64,000 bases of DNA from Nitrospirales bacterium. GTDB lineage: Bacteria > Nitrospirota > Nitrospiria > Nitrospirales > UBA8639. The stretch covers positions 1,879,552 through 1,943,551 of the forward strand of contig CBDCWC010000003.1 of the NCBI GenBank assembly GCA_965223295.1, in the 5' to 3' direction. Shown here piece after piece: positions 22,578 through 32,589 of this stretch. The notes beneath the pieces are model-generated. The model worked only from the letters and a program-made list of their open reading frames with translations. It did no database searches and had not been told where the DNA came from. The position numbers and the translations under genes were made by a program. The number at the start of each line of letters is the position of its first letter. Position 1 is the stretch's first letter.

Positions 22578-23498
22578 ATGATCGCTGAGATTTCTCACAA
22601 CCCAATTGAAAATAGTGGATTGCCCCTTCAATTCATGATGGTGACCGGTACCTCTGGATCGGGTAAAACCCAAGCTCTCAAGTGTCTAGAAGATTTAGGG
22701 TATTTTTGTGTCGATAACCTTCCTCCGGCTCTCTTTCAAAAATTCACAGAACTTTGTACGCAACCAGGCAAAGATGTGAAGAAGGTAGCGTTGGGAATTG
22801 ATATTCGTGAACGAGCGTTTTTTGATGATTTGTTAAGCAATTTAGAAGCCTTACAAAATAATGGATCTCAGGTGGAACTATTATTTTTGGAAGCTCAGGA
22901 TGACATTTTGGTGAGGCGGTTTTCTGAGTCACGTCGGCCCCACCCGCTTCTTCCCGAGAGACCGGTCATTGAAGGGATTCAATTAGAACGCGAACGATTA
23001 TCGGGTCTCCGAAATCGAGCGCACCGGGTATTGGATACCTCAGAGTTTTCCGTTCATGATCTGAAGGCCTGGATGATCAAGCATTATCGAGAACGAGATG
23101 ATGAACAAGCCTTAAAAATTAATCTTTTGAGTTTTGGATATAAATTTGGAATCCCAGTTGATGCGGATTTAGTTTTTGATGTTCGATTCTTACGAAACCC
23201 TCATTTTGTTCCAGATCTTCAACCGCTCACGGGAGAAAATCCTGAGATTCAGCAATTTGTCTTGGGCAATAAAGAAGGCAAAGACTTTTTGAAGCATTTA
23301 CAAGAACTCTTTGCGTTTTTACTTCCATTATTTGAGAGGGAACAACGGAGTTATCTCAGTATTGCCTTTGGGTGTACCGGAGGCCGGCATCGTTCAGTTT
23401 CCATGGCCGTGTATATGAAGGATATTCTTAAGACATTGGGCTATGAAGTGACTCTTCGTCATAGAGAAATCCAAGAGGAAACTGTAGGAACGACGTAA
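22578..23498 (+). CDS. rapZ: RNase adapter / P-loop protein RapZ (YvcJ)
   Basis: GTSGSGK, FCVDNLP, SFGYKFG, DVRFLRNP, GCTGGRHRSV. Confidence 0.95.
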   Translation: MIAEISHNPIENSGLPLQFMMVTGTSGSGKTQALKCLEDLGYFCVDNLPPALFQKFTELCTQPGKDVKKVALGIDIRERAFFDDLLSNLEALQNNGSQVELLFLEAQDDILVRRFSESRRPHPLLPERPVIEGIQLERERLSGLRNRAHRVLDTSEFSVHDLKAWMIKHYRERDDEQALKINLLSFGYKFGIPVDADLVFDVRFLRNPHFVPDLQPLTGENPEIQQFVLGNKEGKDFLKHLQELFAFLLPLFEREQRSYLSIAFGCTGGRHRSVSMAVYMKDILKTLGYEVTLRHREIQEETVGTT

Positions 23499-23786
23499 GG
23501 GTATTGTTGGTACACGAAAAATCGAGAACGGAATTCCGTCTCCTTCCAGCGATTAGCTTTTTCCTGCCTTGTTAGCGTCTGCACGCCTTATCCTGTTCTT
23601 TTTTCAACAGGCCTTAACTTGAAATTGAATGATTCATCAGTCCCTATTGCTGCTTATTGTACGTCCTTCCTTCGGGTTATTAGCCTAGCTTTGTCATAGT
23701 ACATATATCTAGGTATAAGCTAGGCATCATATTGACTGATAGTAAATGTGAATGATGCCCGCTACAACTAGGGCTAAGGGTAAAGA

Positions 23787-24869
23787 ATGAGTCCATCCAC
23801 CATGATTGTAAAAAAACACAATTGGCAACAAATGGTTCGGGCTATTTCAGCACGTTGGGGATGGGTGTCAAAGGGAGTTGGTATTGATGTTGGATCGCAT
23901 ATGGTGAAGGCGGTAGCTTTACAAGCTGATGGCAACCGATTGTCCTTACGGGATTTCTCGACTCAGCATGTTAGTGGAAAATCGTTTGAGAGTGATGAAG
24001 CGTCTATAGGGTTGCTCAAGGTTATTCGACAAAAAGTATCGGTTCCTTTACATGCGGTAGGAATCTCTCTCTCGGGACCATCGGTGTTTGTGAAATCACT
24101 GAATCTGCCGGTGATGACAGAGGCAGATCTTCGCGAGCATTTATCCTTGGAACTCGACCGGTATATCGCCTTAGAGGTTGAAGACGTATTCTGGGATGTT
24201 TACCATCGAAAATCCATTCATGAGCGTCACGAAGATCAACAGGAACATTTTCTTGTTGTGGCCAAAAAAGAATATGTCGCACGCCAGATAGATCGTTTTC
24301 GTCAATGTGGAATGACTGTCTCATTTGTGGATGCGGATATATTTGCGCTCGTTAATATGGTGACATACAACTATGGGAACGATGGTTCATGGTTACTCGT
24401 CCATTTAGGGCCAAGTGGAATCCTCATGGTGGGTCTTCTTGGAGGAGAGCCGGTGTATATTCGAAAAGGCTCGTACATGGCTGAATGGTACGGAGGTCTC
24501 TTGAATCAGGTCCTTCTCTATCAAACTGGAATGGATTCCGGAAAAGAACTTGGAGCATCGGAGCTGCTCCTATTAGAAGAGTTTTATCAAGAAATTTGCG
24601 ATCGAATTCGTGAAACATTAGAAGCACTTTCGGATGTGTCAGCGGCCCCGGTCGAGAAAGGCATTTTGTTGTCAGGTGGGTATGCCGGTGCGCCAGATAT
24701 GGCAATGAAATTGGCATCGGCCTTGGAAATGCCGGTGAATATCGTAAATCCTTTTCAAAAGATATCAGTTCTTCAAGCGATTCAAGAGGATTCAGCCTTT
24801 CAACTCATGGTCCCTGTGTTAGGAGTGGCCGTCGGCGTTGCACTACGAGGGGTGGTCCTTCATGATTGA
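23787..24869 (+). CDS. pilM: Type IV pilus assembly protein PilM (divergent)
   Basis: GIDVGSHMVKAV actin-like start, LSGGYA, NPF, VAVGVALRG. Confidence 0.85.
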   Translation: MSPSTMIVKKHNWQQMVRAISARWGWVSKGVGIDVGSHMVKAVALQADGNRLSLRDFSTQHVSGKSFESDEASIGLLKVIRQKVSVPLHAVGISLSGPSVFVKSLNLPVMTEADLREHLSLELDRYIALEVEDVFWDVYHRKSIHERHEDQQEHFLVVAKKEYVARQIDRFRQCGMTVSFVDADIFALVNMVTYNYGNDGSWLLVHLGPSGILMVGLLGGEPVYIRKGSYMAEWYGGLLNQVLLYQTGMDSGKELGASELLLLEEFYQEICDRIRETLEALSDVSAAPVEKGILLSGGYAGAPDMAMKLASALEMPVNIVNPFQKISVLQAIQEDSAFQLMVPVLGVAVGVALRGVVLHD

Positions 24870-25428
24870 AATCAACCTTGCTCGTCAATTACAACCTGAC
24901 GGCTTGGGCCGTACTTCTGGAAAATGGGGCTATGGGGTGATCTGTACAGTGCTCTGTTTGGCGCTGGGGGCGACAAGTTGGTGGTGGACTCAGTTCAAAC
25001 AACAAGAACTACAATCCTTGCTACAAGAAAAACAGGCCCATACGCAATCTTCTCGTGATATTCAAGCCACTCTCTCCCGTCTAGAACAGTATCAACAAGA
25101 CAAACTTATTCTTCGTACATCGTTTGACGAAATAGAGGCACACGAGGTCAATAGCCGGCAGCCTATGATCTTGCTACATGGTGTCAGTCAGAGTGTGGCT
25201 GGTCTGGATATTTGGTTGAACCGTATTCAAATGGTTGATCAGACCGTTGAGTTGCGAGGGCAATCGGTTACCATGCAAGAGATCGGAAAGTATGTCGATG
25301 CTCTAGAGAATCATGATGTGATTACCTCGTTGCCCAGCGTTGAAATTATTGATCAAGAGAGTCAAAGTAAAGGGGCAGATTTTCTCTTTGTTCTTCGTTT
25401 CACGTTAAAGCCAAAGATGGAATCATGA
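24862..25428 (+). CDS. pilN: Type IV pilus assembly protein PilN
   Basis: MIEINL motif, TM helix, coiled coil; ATGATTGA overlap with pilM. Confidence 0.85.
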   Translation: MIEINLARQLQPDGLGRTSGKWGYGVICTVLCLALGATSWWWTQFKQQELQSLLQEKQAHTQSSRDIQATLSRLEQYQQDKLILRTSFDEIEAHEVNSRQPMILLHGVSQSVAGLDIWLNRIQMVDQTVELRGQSVTMQEIGKYVDALENHDVITSLPSVEIIDQESQSKGADFLFVLRFTLKPKMES

Positions 25429-26018
25429 ATAATTTGTGGCAGCAGACCCCAACTTGGCAGCGGTCGGTGTTCATTGGGTTGGCGGTGATGTTCGTGATAG
25501 TGGGAATACATGCCTGGCTATGGAGTCCTCTAAATCAGTCCATTGCTCTGATCACTCACGATATTGCAGTCTTGAAACAAGAGAATGAGGAGTCTTCGAG
25601 GAAAATAGCCCTATTGAAAGAGGTTGAGCACGAGGTTGTACAATTGCGAGAAAAATTGTTGCCTCATCTTCATCAACTGTCAGATAAGGTGGAGCCTCAA
25701 GTATATCGAAGAGCTATCGTTGAAATTGGGAAACGGACAGGTGTGACGGTTCGTCTGTGGAAACCTACACATTCAGTGGCAGATGGCGAAATTCGAAAAT
25801 CTCCGCTTGCTATTGAAGTAAGGGTTGAGGGGAAATTTTACGATACGGTTCAGTTTCTAGAAGGACTACTGAAGGAGGCATGGATTGAGACCGTCAACCC
25901 TCTCGTGCTGACACGAAAACATCAAGCTGGGGATTCCGCTGTGGTGACGACGGATTTCATGATTCATGGTACCGGAGCCATAGGGCTACAACAGGCTAAA
26001 GAGGCGCTCAAAACATAG
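25425..26018 (+). CDS. pilO: Type IV pilus assembly protein PilO
   Basis: TM helix and coiled coil, IEVRVEGKFYDTVQFL; synteny. Confidence 0.75.
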   Translation: MNNLWQQTPTWQRSVFIGLAVMFVIVGIHAWLWSPLNQSIALITHDIAVLKQENEESSRKIALLKEVEHEVVQLREKLLPHLHQLSDKVEPQVYRRAIVEIGKRTGVTVRLWKPTHSVADGEIRKSPLAIEVRVEGKFYDTVQFLEGLLKEAWIETVNPLVLTRKHQAGDSAVVTTDFMIHGTGAIGLQQAKEALKT

Positions 26019-26061
26019 TGCCATGGACAAAGGAATTTGAGATGACCTTTCCTGGAGTGAG

Positions 26062-26616
26062 ATGTTAGACAAAGGGGGGAGCAGCTGGGTTATGAGCGGC
26101 ACCAAAATTCCTTGTCTAAAAACCTCGAGATTTCTGGGGTCCGTTATTTGTATACTTTTGATCGTTTCAACCGTAGAAGGAAAAGTTCAAAAATTTTCTT
26201 TAGAATATTCCCAATGTAAAGAGGCCTTGGTTCAACGAACCAAGGCCTATGACCATGTAGAGAACCGCCAAGATCCGTTTAGGCCGCTAACAACACGTCC
26301 CTCTGCCTCACGAGTTCCAAGGAAGTCTCAGTCTGAGATCAGGACCATTCTCCCAAAACCAAAACACGAGAGGCCAAACTGGAAGTTGTTGGGAGTTATT
26401 TCTGGTCAACAAGGGCGCGAGGCTGTGATACAGATTTCATCAGGAGAGCGAATGTTTGTAAGGCCAGGGTTAGTGATTCCCCGGTCTGGGTGGAAAGTTA
26501 AGGCAATTCGTGAAAAGGATCTGCTGTTAGAATTCTTCTCGCCAACCTCTTCTGGAACGGAGCCAGCGCAATCAAGAACGGTTATTCTGTCCTTCTCAGT
26601 TCTTGGACAATCTTGA
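26062..26616 (+). CDS. PilP-like protein
   Basis: RQDPFRP and KLLGVISG...AVIQ motifs; position after pilO; start uncertain. Confidence 0.65.
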   Translation: MLDKGGSSWVMSGTKIPCLKTSRFLGSVICILLIVSTVEGKVQKFSLEYSQCKEALVQRTKAYDHVENRQDPFRPLTTRPSASRVPRKSQSEIRTILPKPKHERPNWKLLGVISGQQGREAVIQISSGERMFVRPGLVIPRSGWKVKAIREKDLLLEFFSPTSSGTEPAQSRTVILSFSVLGQS

Positions 26617-26617
26617 G

Positions 26618-26796
26618 GGGTCTGTTGAAAAAAGCCGCCAGCGGCGTTCTGGCTCTTTTTCCGTGCTTACGTACTACCAGTACGCTCCGCGCGCAAAAAT
26701 GGCTGCGGCCTTGCTGAACGGAGACCAGAGGCCTCTGACATGTGGCGTCGCAGAGACGAAATGTGGCTGTTGATATCATCATTATTGAACAGCCCC
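26618..26796 (-). mobile_element. MITE family A, copy 2 (small internal deletion)
   Basis: GGGTCTGTTGAA...TTGAACAGCCCC; reverse complement of copy 1; flanks TTGAG/TTGAT. Confidence 0.85.
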
Positions 26797-26919
26797 TTGA
26801 TAAAAATTCTGGTTGAGAAAGGCCAGAAAAACCTTCATAATCTCTTACCCTGATTGGGGTTTCAACCGACGAGCGTTTTCTAGGTTAAGGTCTTTTACTT
26901 ATTAGTGGTAAGGATTGTT

Positions 26920-28080
26920 ATGTTGAGATATTTAAATGCAGGGGAATCACATGGGCGGGGTCTGATGGCAGTGGTGGAAGGTGTGCCGTCTGGCCTGCCG
27001 GTCACGGCTGATGCGATTAATGTTGATCTTATTCGTCGACAGGGTGGGTATGGACGTGGCGGACGGATGCGTATTGAAAAAGATCGAATCGAATTTATCT
27101 GCGGTGTTCGCAAAGGGAAAACATTAGGCAATCCGCTTGGCCTCTTGATTTGGAATAAAGATTGGGAAAATTGGAAAGAGATCATGGCCTCCGAGCCTGG
27201 GCCACCTCCGACGGAACGAGTCGTGACGCGTCCGCGTCCTGGACATGCAGATTTGGTTGGAGCCATAAAGTATGGGCATCGAGATATTCGGAACGTTTTA
27301 GAAAAGGCCAGCGCCCGTGAGACGGCCATTCGCGTGGCAATCGGTGGAGTCGCCAAGGCGCTTTTAGCCCAGTTTAATATGCAGGTTGTGAGTTATACCA
27401 TGGACATTGGGGGTGTGGTGGCTCCTTCCCAGGTTGATCCGCTTGCGGCATATCAAGAAGCTGAACAATCAGACGTGAGATGTCCGGATCCTGAAGCCGC
27501 GAAAAAGATGGTTGAGCATATTCGCGGGGCCAAACACAAAGGGGATTCACTGGGAGGAATATTTGAAGTCGTTGTGACAAATCCTCCAGTTGGATTGGGA
27601 ACCTATGTCCAATGGGATCGACGGCTAACGGCGAGATTGGCGATGGCAGCCATGAGTATTCAAGCCATGAAAGGCGTGGAAATTGGAATGGGTTTTGAAT
27701 CGGCGCGTCGCTATGGGTCAGAAGTTCATGATGATATTTATTTTGATCAAACCGCCGGTAAATTCATTCGGAAGACCAATAACGCAGGGGGCTTAGAAGG
27801 GGGTATCACGAATGGTCAACCTATTATCGTACGTGTCGCCATGAAACCCATTGCCACCTTGTATAGCCCAAAAGACAGTGTGGATATTGAGACCAAAGAA
27901 CCCTTTGAAGCGACTGTTGAACGATCAGATATTTGTACGGTCCCTGCCGCCGGAGTCGTGGGTGAAGCCGTCATTGCTTATGAGATGGCCAATGCCATGA
28001 TTGAAAAGTTTGGTGGCGATACTCTTGAGGAGATGAAACGGAATTATCAAGCCTATCAGGAGTACGTCAGCTCATTTTAA
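26920..28080 (+). CDS. aroC: Chorismate synthase
   Basis: AGESHG, RPRPGHAD, SARETA, NNAGGLEGGITNG. Confidence 0.97.
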   Translation: MLRYLNAGESHGRGLMAVVEGVPSGLPVTADAINVDLIRRQGGYGRGGRMRIEKDRIEFICGVRKGKTLGNPLGLLIWNKDWENWKEIMASEPGPPPTERVVTRPRPGHADLVGAIKYGHRDIRNVLEKASARETAIRVAIGGVAKALLAQFNMQVVSYTMDIGGVVAPSQVDPLAAYQEAEQSDVRCPDPEAAKKMVEHIRGAKHKGDSLGGIFEVVVTNPPVGLGTYVQWDRRLTARLAMAAMSIQAMKGVEIGMGFESARRYGSEVHDDIYFDQTAGKFIRKTNNAGGLEGGITNGQPIIVRVAMKPIATLYSPKDSVDIETKEPFEATVERSDICTVPAAGVVGEAVIAYEMANAMIEKFGGDTLEEMKRNYQAYQEYVSSF

Positions 28081-28159
28081 TGGTGCGTGGAAAATTGTGT
28101 TCGTCGATCGTCAAAGCTATCCAATCGATTTGTAATCCTTTTCACCTGACCTGCCTTCA

Positions 28160-29329
28160 ATGACGACTGTACCTGCCTCTCATCGTGTTCCAGTAGCTTT
28201 AGGTGATCGGAGCTATGAGATTCTGATTCAACCAGGTCTTTTAAGCCACATTGGCGATATTCTCCAAAGTATTGACTGTGCTGGACGTGTGGCCATCGTG
28301 ACCAATCCTGTGGTGAATCAACTATATGGTCGCGTGGTACTCCGTGGGTTGCGAAAGGGCGGATTTTCCCCGTTCGTTATTCTGATTCCAGATGGAGAGA
28401 AGGCTAAAACCGTGCAGTGGTTGGCCAAAATTTTTGATGCGCTTGTGGCTCAACGGCTGGAACGTCAGGACACGATCTTGGCTTTGGGAGGAGGTGTTAC
28501 CGGTGACGTGGCAGGGTTCGCGGCTTCGACCTACTTGCGAGGCATTCCTTTTGTTCAAGTGCCGACCACTCTGGTGGCGCAAGTGGATTCAAGTGTTGGT
28601 GGAAAAACCGGAGTCAATCATCCTCAAGGGAAGAACTTAATTGGAGCATTTTATCAGCCTAAGACAGTGGTGATTGATCCGCATGTACTCAAAACACTGC
28701 CTTCCCGTCAATGGATTGCCGGTTTGGCCGAAGTCATTAAATATGGCGTAATTGCCGACAAACTATTTTTTGACTATCTTGAGCAACATGTAGACGAAAT
28801 ACGAAATCAGGCTGATGATGCAATGCTTCATGTCTTTCGACGCTGTTGTGAAATTAAAGCTGACGTGGTGGGGAGTGATGAACGGGAGGCAGGCAGAAGA
28901 CGAATTTTGAATTATGGACATACCGTAGGTCATGCTTTGGAAGCTTGGGGACGCTATAGAAAATGGATTCATGGCGAAGCGGTGGGGCTTGGGATGGTTC
29001 AAGAAGCTTCTATAGGCCAGTATTTAGGAACGTGTGCAAGCGATGTGGTTGAACGGCAAGTTGATCTTATCAAAAGGGTGGGGTTGCCTACCGTCATTCC
29101 AAAACAAGTGAAATTTCGTGATCTGTGGCAGGCTATGCAACACGATAAAAAAGTGATCAAAGGGGATATTCATTGTGTTTTGCCTCAGGGAATTGGTGAG
29201 GTGTGTGTGGTGCCATTAGTTCGTGAATCTCTACGGAAATGGTTTTCACGTCAACCGCCATCTTCTTCAAGATTCGAGAAAAGGATTCGACAATCTTCAT
29301 CTCGTTCACGACCATCACACAAAAAATAA
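28160..29329 (+). CDS. aroB: 3-dehydroquinate synthase
   Basis: ALGGGVTGD, PTTLVAQVDSSVGGKTGVN, LNYGHTVGHALE, DKK. Confidence 0.97.
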   Translation: MTTVPASHRVPVALGDRSYEILIQPGLLSHIGDILQSIDCAGRVAIVTNPVVNQLYGRVVLRGLRKGGFSPFVILIPDGEKAKTVQWLAKIFDALVAQRLERQDTILALGGGVTGDVAGFAASTYLRGIPFVQVPTTLVAQVDSSVGGKTGVNHPQGKNLIGAFYQPKTVVIDPHVLKTLPSRQWIAGLAEVIKYGVIADKLFFDYLEQHVDEIRNQADDAMLHVFRRCCEIKADVVGSDEREAGRRRILNYGHTVGHALEAWGRYRKWIHGEAVGLGMVQEASIGQYLGTCASDVVERQVDLIKRVGLPTVIPKQVKFRDLWQAMQHDKKVIKGDIHCVLPQGIGEVCVVPLVRESLRKWFSRQPPSSSRFEKRIRQSSSRSRPSHKK

Positions 29330-29330
29330 C

Positions 29331-30587
29331 ATGGCACGTGCCAAGCAATTGACCGGAGAAGAACTGAAACAGCAGGTGCGGGAACGTACTCGTGAGATTC
29401 ATATTCTTCATCGCATTAGCCAGTCGATTAGTAGTACGTTGGAATTGTCGACCGTCTTAAAAGAAATTGTCGAGGTGGTGGTTGAAGTGACGAAAGCTGA
29501 TGCCTGTCTGTTGTATCTACTTTCTGAAAATAGGGAAGAGTTAATTTTACGTGCATCAAAGAATCCACATCCGCGATTAATTGGCCGCATTGCTATCGGA
29601 TTGGGCGAAGGGATTACGGGATGGGTTGCCCGTGAGAAAGTGCCCGTGGTTATTCCTCGACATGCGAGTGACGACGCCCGGTTTAAATTCTTTCATCGTT
29701 TGCCCGAGGATCGTTATCAAGCCTTTGTGTCCGTTCCTATTATCAGTAAGGGTGAAATTATTGGTGTCATTAACGTCCAACATAAACGTTCCAAGCGTTA
29801 TACCGAGGAAAGGCTTGCTCTGCTCCTGGCTATTGCCAATCAGGTAGGAGGAGCCATTGCGAATGCCAGATTATTTGATGAGATGCGCGAGAAAGCTCGC
29901 CGTCTTGAAACGCTTTCTCAAGTGTCGGAAACGGTGGCGTCAGACAGATTGATTGAAGATGTCTTACAACTAATTGTCACGATGACGGCACAGTTAATGA
30001 ACTCCAAGATTTGTTCCATTATGCTTGTCGACCAAAATACTGGGGAGCTTCGAATTTCAGCCACTCAGAGCTTGAGTGATGCCTATCGGCAAAAGCCCCC
30101 TTTGAAAGTCGGACAAAGCATGAGTGGACGGGCTGTCCAAGAGCAACGACCTGTGTATGTGCCAGATGTGACGGCAGAAGGCGGATATTTTTATCGTGAC
30201 CTCGCGAAGCAGGAAGGGTTGCACTCGTTGCTTTCAGTTCCTATGTTGATCAAAAATACGGTGATTGGAGTCGTGAATGTCTATACTTCGACGCATCACG
30301 TTTTTTCTGAAGAAGAGGTCAAGACACTGCAGGTTATTGCAAACCAATCTGCCGTAGCTATTGAACATACGCGATTGCTAGAAAAATCTTTTGAGATGCA
30401 AGAGGCCTTAGAAGTTCGCAAACAAGTAGAAAGGGCAAAGGGTTTTCTCATGGCATCAAAAAGGTTATCCGAACCCGAGGCTTTTAGGCTGATGCAACGG
30501 CAGAGTATGAATTTAAGAAAATCAATGCGTGAAATCGCTGATGCTATCATTCTGGCCGAAGAACTTCAGCAAGCAACACGGCCGTAG
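29331..30587 (+). CDS. GAF-GAF-ANTAR RNA-binding antiterminator
   Basis: Two GAF repeats (GEGITGWVA...VPI; GQSMSGRAV...SVPM) plus C-terminal ANTAR RKQVERAKGFLM...EAFRLMQRQSMNLRKSMREIADAII. Confidence 0.92.
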   Translation: MARAKQLTGEELKQQVRERTREIHILHRISQSISSTLELSTVLKEIVEVVVEVTKADACLLYLLSENREELILRASKNPHPRLIGRIAIGLGEGITGWVAREKVPVVIPRHASDDARFKFFHRLPEDRYQAFVSVPIISKGEIIGVINVQHKRSKRYTEERLALLLAIANQVGGAIANARLFDEMREKARRLETLSQVSETVASDRLIEDVLQLIVTMTAQLMNSKICSIMLVDQNTGELRISATQSLSDAYRQKPPLKVGQSMSGRAVQEQRPVYVPDVTAEGGYFYRDLAKQEGLHSLLSVPMLIKNTVIGVVNVYTSTHHVFSEEEVKTLQVIANQSAVAIEHTRLLEKSFEMQEALEVRKQVERAKGFLMASKRLSEPEAFRLMQRQSMNLRKSMREIADAIILAEELQQATRP

Positions 30588-30636
30588 AGAAGATGAATTG
30601 TCATGTTTAGAGGCTTACATCGTGGTGATGGGAAGT

Positions 30637-30665
30637 TTGAAGAGTGAAGTGGGGACTTGTATAAT
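30637..30665 (+). promoter_or_regulatory. Sigma70-type promoter for the nadE-glnD leader
   Basis: TTGAAG (30637-30642), 17-bp spacer, TATAAT (30660-30665). Confidence 0.65.
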
Positions 30666-30675
30666 CGTTAACGTG

Positions 30676-30733
30676 GGTGACAATGAAGTCGCCGTCTTAC
30701 AGTGAATGAACACACATAGGACAACGGCGTCCT
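30676..30733 (+). promoter_or_regulatory. ANTAR-target RNA element (three hexaloop hairpins)
   Basis: GGTGAC-AATGAA-GTCGCC, GTG-AATGAA-CAC and AGGAC-AACGGC-GTCCT, all with A1/G4 loops; the third overlaps the terminator. Confidence 0.85.
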
Positions 30734-30764
30734 CGGTTCCTTTTGGAACAGAGGACGTTTTTTT
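30728..30764 (+). terminator. Leader intrinsic terminator (attenuator) immediately upstream of nadE
   Basis: CGTCCTC-G-GTTCC-TTTT-GGAAC-A-GAGGACG followed by T7; the 3' arm contains the SD GAGGA. Confidence 0.85.
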
Positions 30765-32567
30765 ATGATGAAACTACGACTAGCCATGGCTCAAATGAAT
30801 GCCGTTGTTGGTGATCTTGAGGGAAATACTCGGGCTATTTGTCGATGGATTCGTGAGGCTCAAAAAGCGAAAGCCGATGTCATTGTATTCCCCGAATTGG
30901 CTGTGGCGGGATATCCTCCCGAAGATCTTCTTCTCATGCCGCAGTTTCTTCGAGATGTCCACCGAAAGCAACAACAAATTGCTAAGGCATCCAAGGGTCT
31001 GATGACGGTCGTCGGAAGTGTTGGCATGCCTACGAAAACAAACCTACGGACCAAAATCAAATCTAGTCCGACGACTTCTGTCGAATTACAAAAGCCATTG
31101 AATGTTGCATGGATATTTGGAAAAGGTCGATTAGTCGGGAGTTATGCCAAGCAGAATCTTCCCAATTATGGGGTCTTTGATGAACAGCGGTATTTTCAGG
31201 AAGGCAAAGGGAATCCAATTTTTTGCTTAGGGCCGATTCGAGTAGGCATCAATATTTGCGAGGATATTTGGTTTCCCAATGGGCCAGTTAGCGGGCAAGT
31301 GACGATGGGAGGCGCGCACATTATCTTGAATATGAATGCTTCACCCTATCATATTGGAAAAACACGTTCTCGACGACGTATGTTGGTAGAACGTGCGAAA
31401 ACCCACAGAGTGTTTATGAGTTATACGAATATGGTAGGGGGACAGGATGAATTAGTTTTTGATGGGAATAGCATCGTACTTGACCCTCAAGGACAACTAA
31501 TCGCTCAAGCAAAGGCCTTTGAAGAAGATCTGATCCTTGCTGATTTAGAGATTCCTAACGCAGCGCAACAACAACTCGATCGGTTGCGAAAATCTTCGCC
31601 TGCAAAAAAAAAGGCGAGGATTTCCTTCATCAGCATTCCTTGGAAACATGTCGATTCGAAAGAGTTCCTTCCTTCGGCAACAAAAATGTCACGATCCATG
31701 GGCGAATTGGAGGAAGTTTATCGAGCCTTAGTGCTGGGCGTGAAAGACTACGTCAGAAAAAATTCGTTCTCTAAGGTTTTGATTGGGATCAGTGGAGGTA
31801 TTGATTCAGCGTTGACCGCGCTCATTGCCCGGGATGCTCTGGGTGCCGCTGCGGTCGTGGGCGTGATGATGCCATCTCCTTACACTTCGTCAATCAGCAA
31901 GTACGATTCAAAAGTCCTGGCAAATAACTTAGAAATTGAACTGTTGACGATCCCCATTACGAACCTCTTTAAACCTTTCCTGCGTGAGTTACACACGTTT
32001 TTTAACGGGTACCCTTTAAACACTACGGAAGAAAATTTGCAGGCCCGTATTCGAGGTACTCTGTTAATGGCCCTTTCAAATAAGTTTGGCTATCTTGTTT
32101 TGACGACAGGCAATAAGAGCGAAATGAGTGTGGGGTATGCCACGTTGTATGGGGATATGGCGGGTGGTTTTGCCGTGATTAAAGATATTCCTAAAATGCG
32201 TGTGTACCAGTTAGCACGATGGAGGAGTGAATATGAAGGGTCAGGTTTTGACCGAGTGAGATTTCCAGAAAGAATTCATGTGCGGGCTCCGTCCGCAGAA
32301 TTACGAGCGAATCAGGAAGATCAGGATTCATTGCCGCCCTACTCTGAGTTAGATCCTATTCTAGAGGCCTATGTTGAACGAAATTTTTCAAAAAGTCGTA
32401 TTGTACAGTTAGGCTACTCTGCTCGAACTGTGCAAAAAGTGATACGGCTTGTAGATAGCAATGAATACAAACGTCGCCAGGCACCAATAGGTATTAAGAT
32501 CACGGCTCGGGCTCTAGGAAAGGATCGACGGATGCCAATTACCAATCGATATGTTCCAAAGAAATGA
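30765..32567 (+). CDS. nadE: Glutamine-dependent NAD+ synthetase
   Basis: Nitrilase domain (FPEL, K, ICEDIW) plus SGGIDS, ENLQARIRG, TGNKSE, PSAEL, EYKRRQ. Confidence 0.96.
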   Translation: MMKLRLAMAQMNAVVGDLEGNTRAICRWIREAQKAKADVIVFPELAVAGYPPEDLLLMPQFLRDVHRKQQQIAKASKGLMTVVGSVGMPTKTNLRTKIKSSPTTSVELQKPLNVAWIFGKGRLVGSYAKQNLPNYGVFDEQRYFQEGKGNPIFCLGPIRVGINICEDIWFPNGPVSGQVTMGGAHIILNMNASPYHIGKTRSRRRMLVERAKTHRVFMSYTNMVGGQDELVFDGNSIVLDPQGQLIAQAKAFEEDLILADLEIPNAAQQQLDRLRKSSPAKKKARISFISIPWKHVDSKEFLPSATKMSRSMGELEEVYRALVLGVKDYVRKNSFSKVLIGISGGIDSALTALIARDALGAAAVVGVMMPSPYTSSISKYDSKVLANNLEIELLTIPITNLFKPFLRELHTFFNGYPLNTTEENLQARIRGTLLMALSNKFGYLVLTTGNKSEMSVGYATLYGDMAGGFAVIKDIPKMRVYQLARWRSEYEGSGFDRVRFPERIHVRAPSAELRANQEDQDSLPPYSELDPILEAYVERNFSKSRIVQLGYSARTVQKVIRLVDSNEYKRRQAPIGIKITARALGKDRRMPITNRYVPKK

Positions 32568-32589
32568 TGTCTTTTTAAAGACACATGTC

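Noticed and set aside
22327-22673. Recurrent short ORFs (e.g. SVQQGRSHFCARSVLV, STLRAQKWLRPC) here and at 26582, 35313, 36776, 56932 and 57063
   Set aside because: They are translations of MITE family A in varying frames with no consistent start or stop
23499-23613. Possible degenerate element with ends GGGTATTGTTGG...TTCAACAGGCC
   Set aside because: Interior unrelated to family A and no clear TSD; too weak to call
23720-23737. Sigma-54 promoter for pilM (TAGGCATCATATTGA)
   Set aside because: The -12 element is GA rather than GC; insufficient support
30665-30730. Glutamine (glnA) riboswitch upstream of nadE-glnD
   Set aside because: It starts with ATCGTT but I could not find the remaining conserved elements; ANTAR hairpins plus the terminator explain the region better
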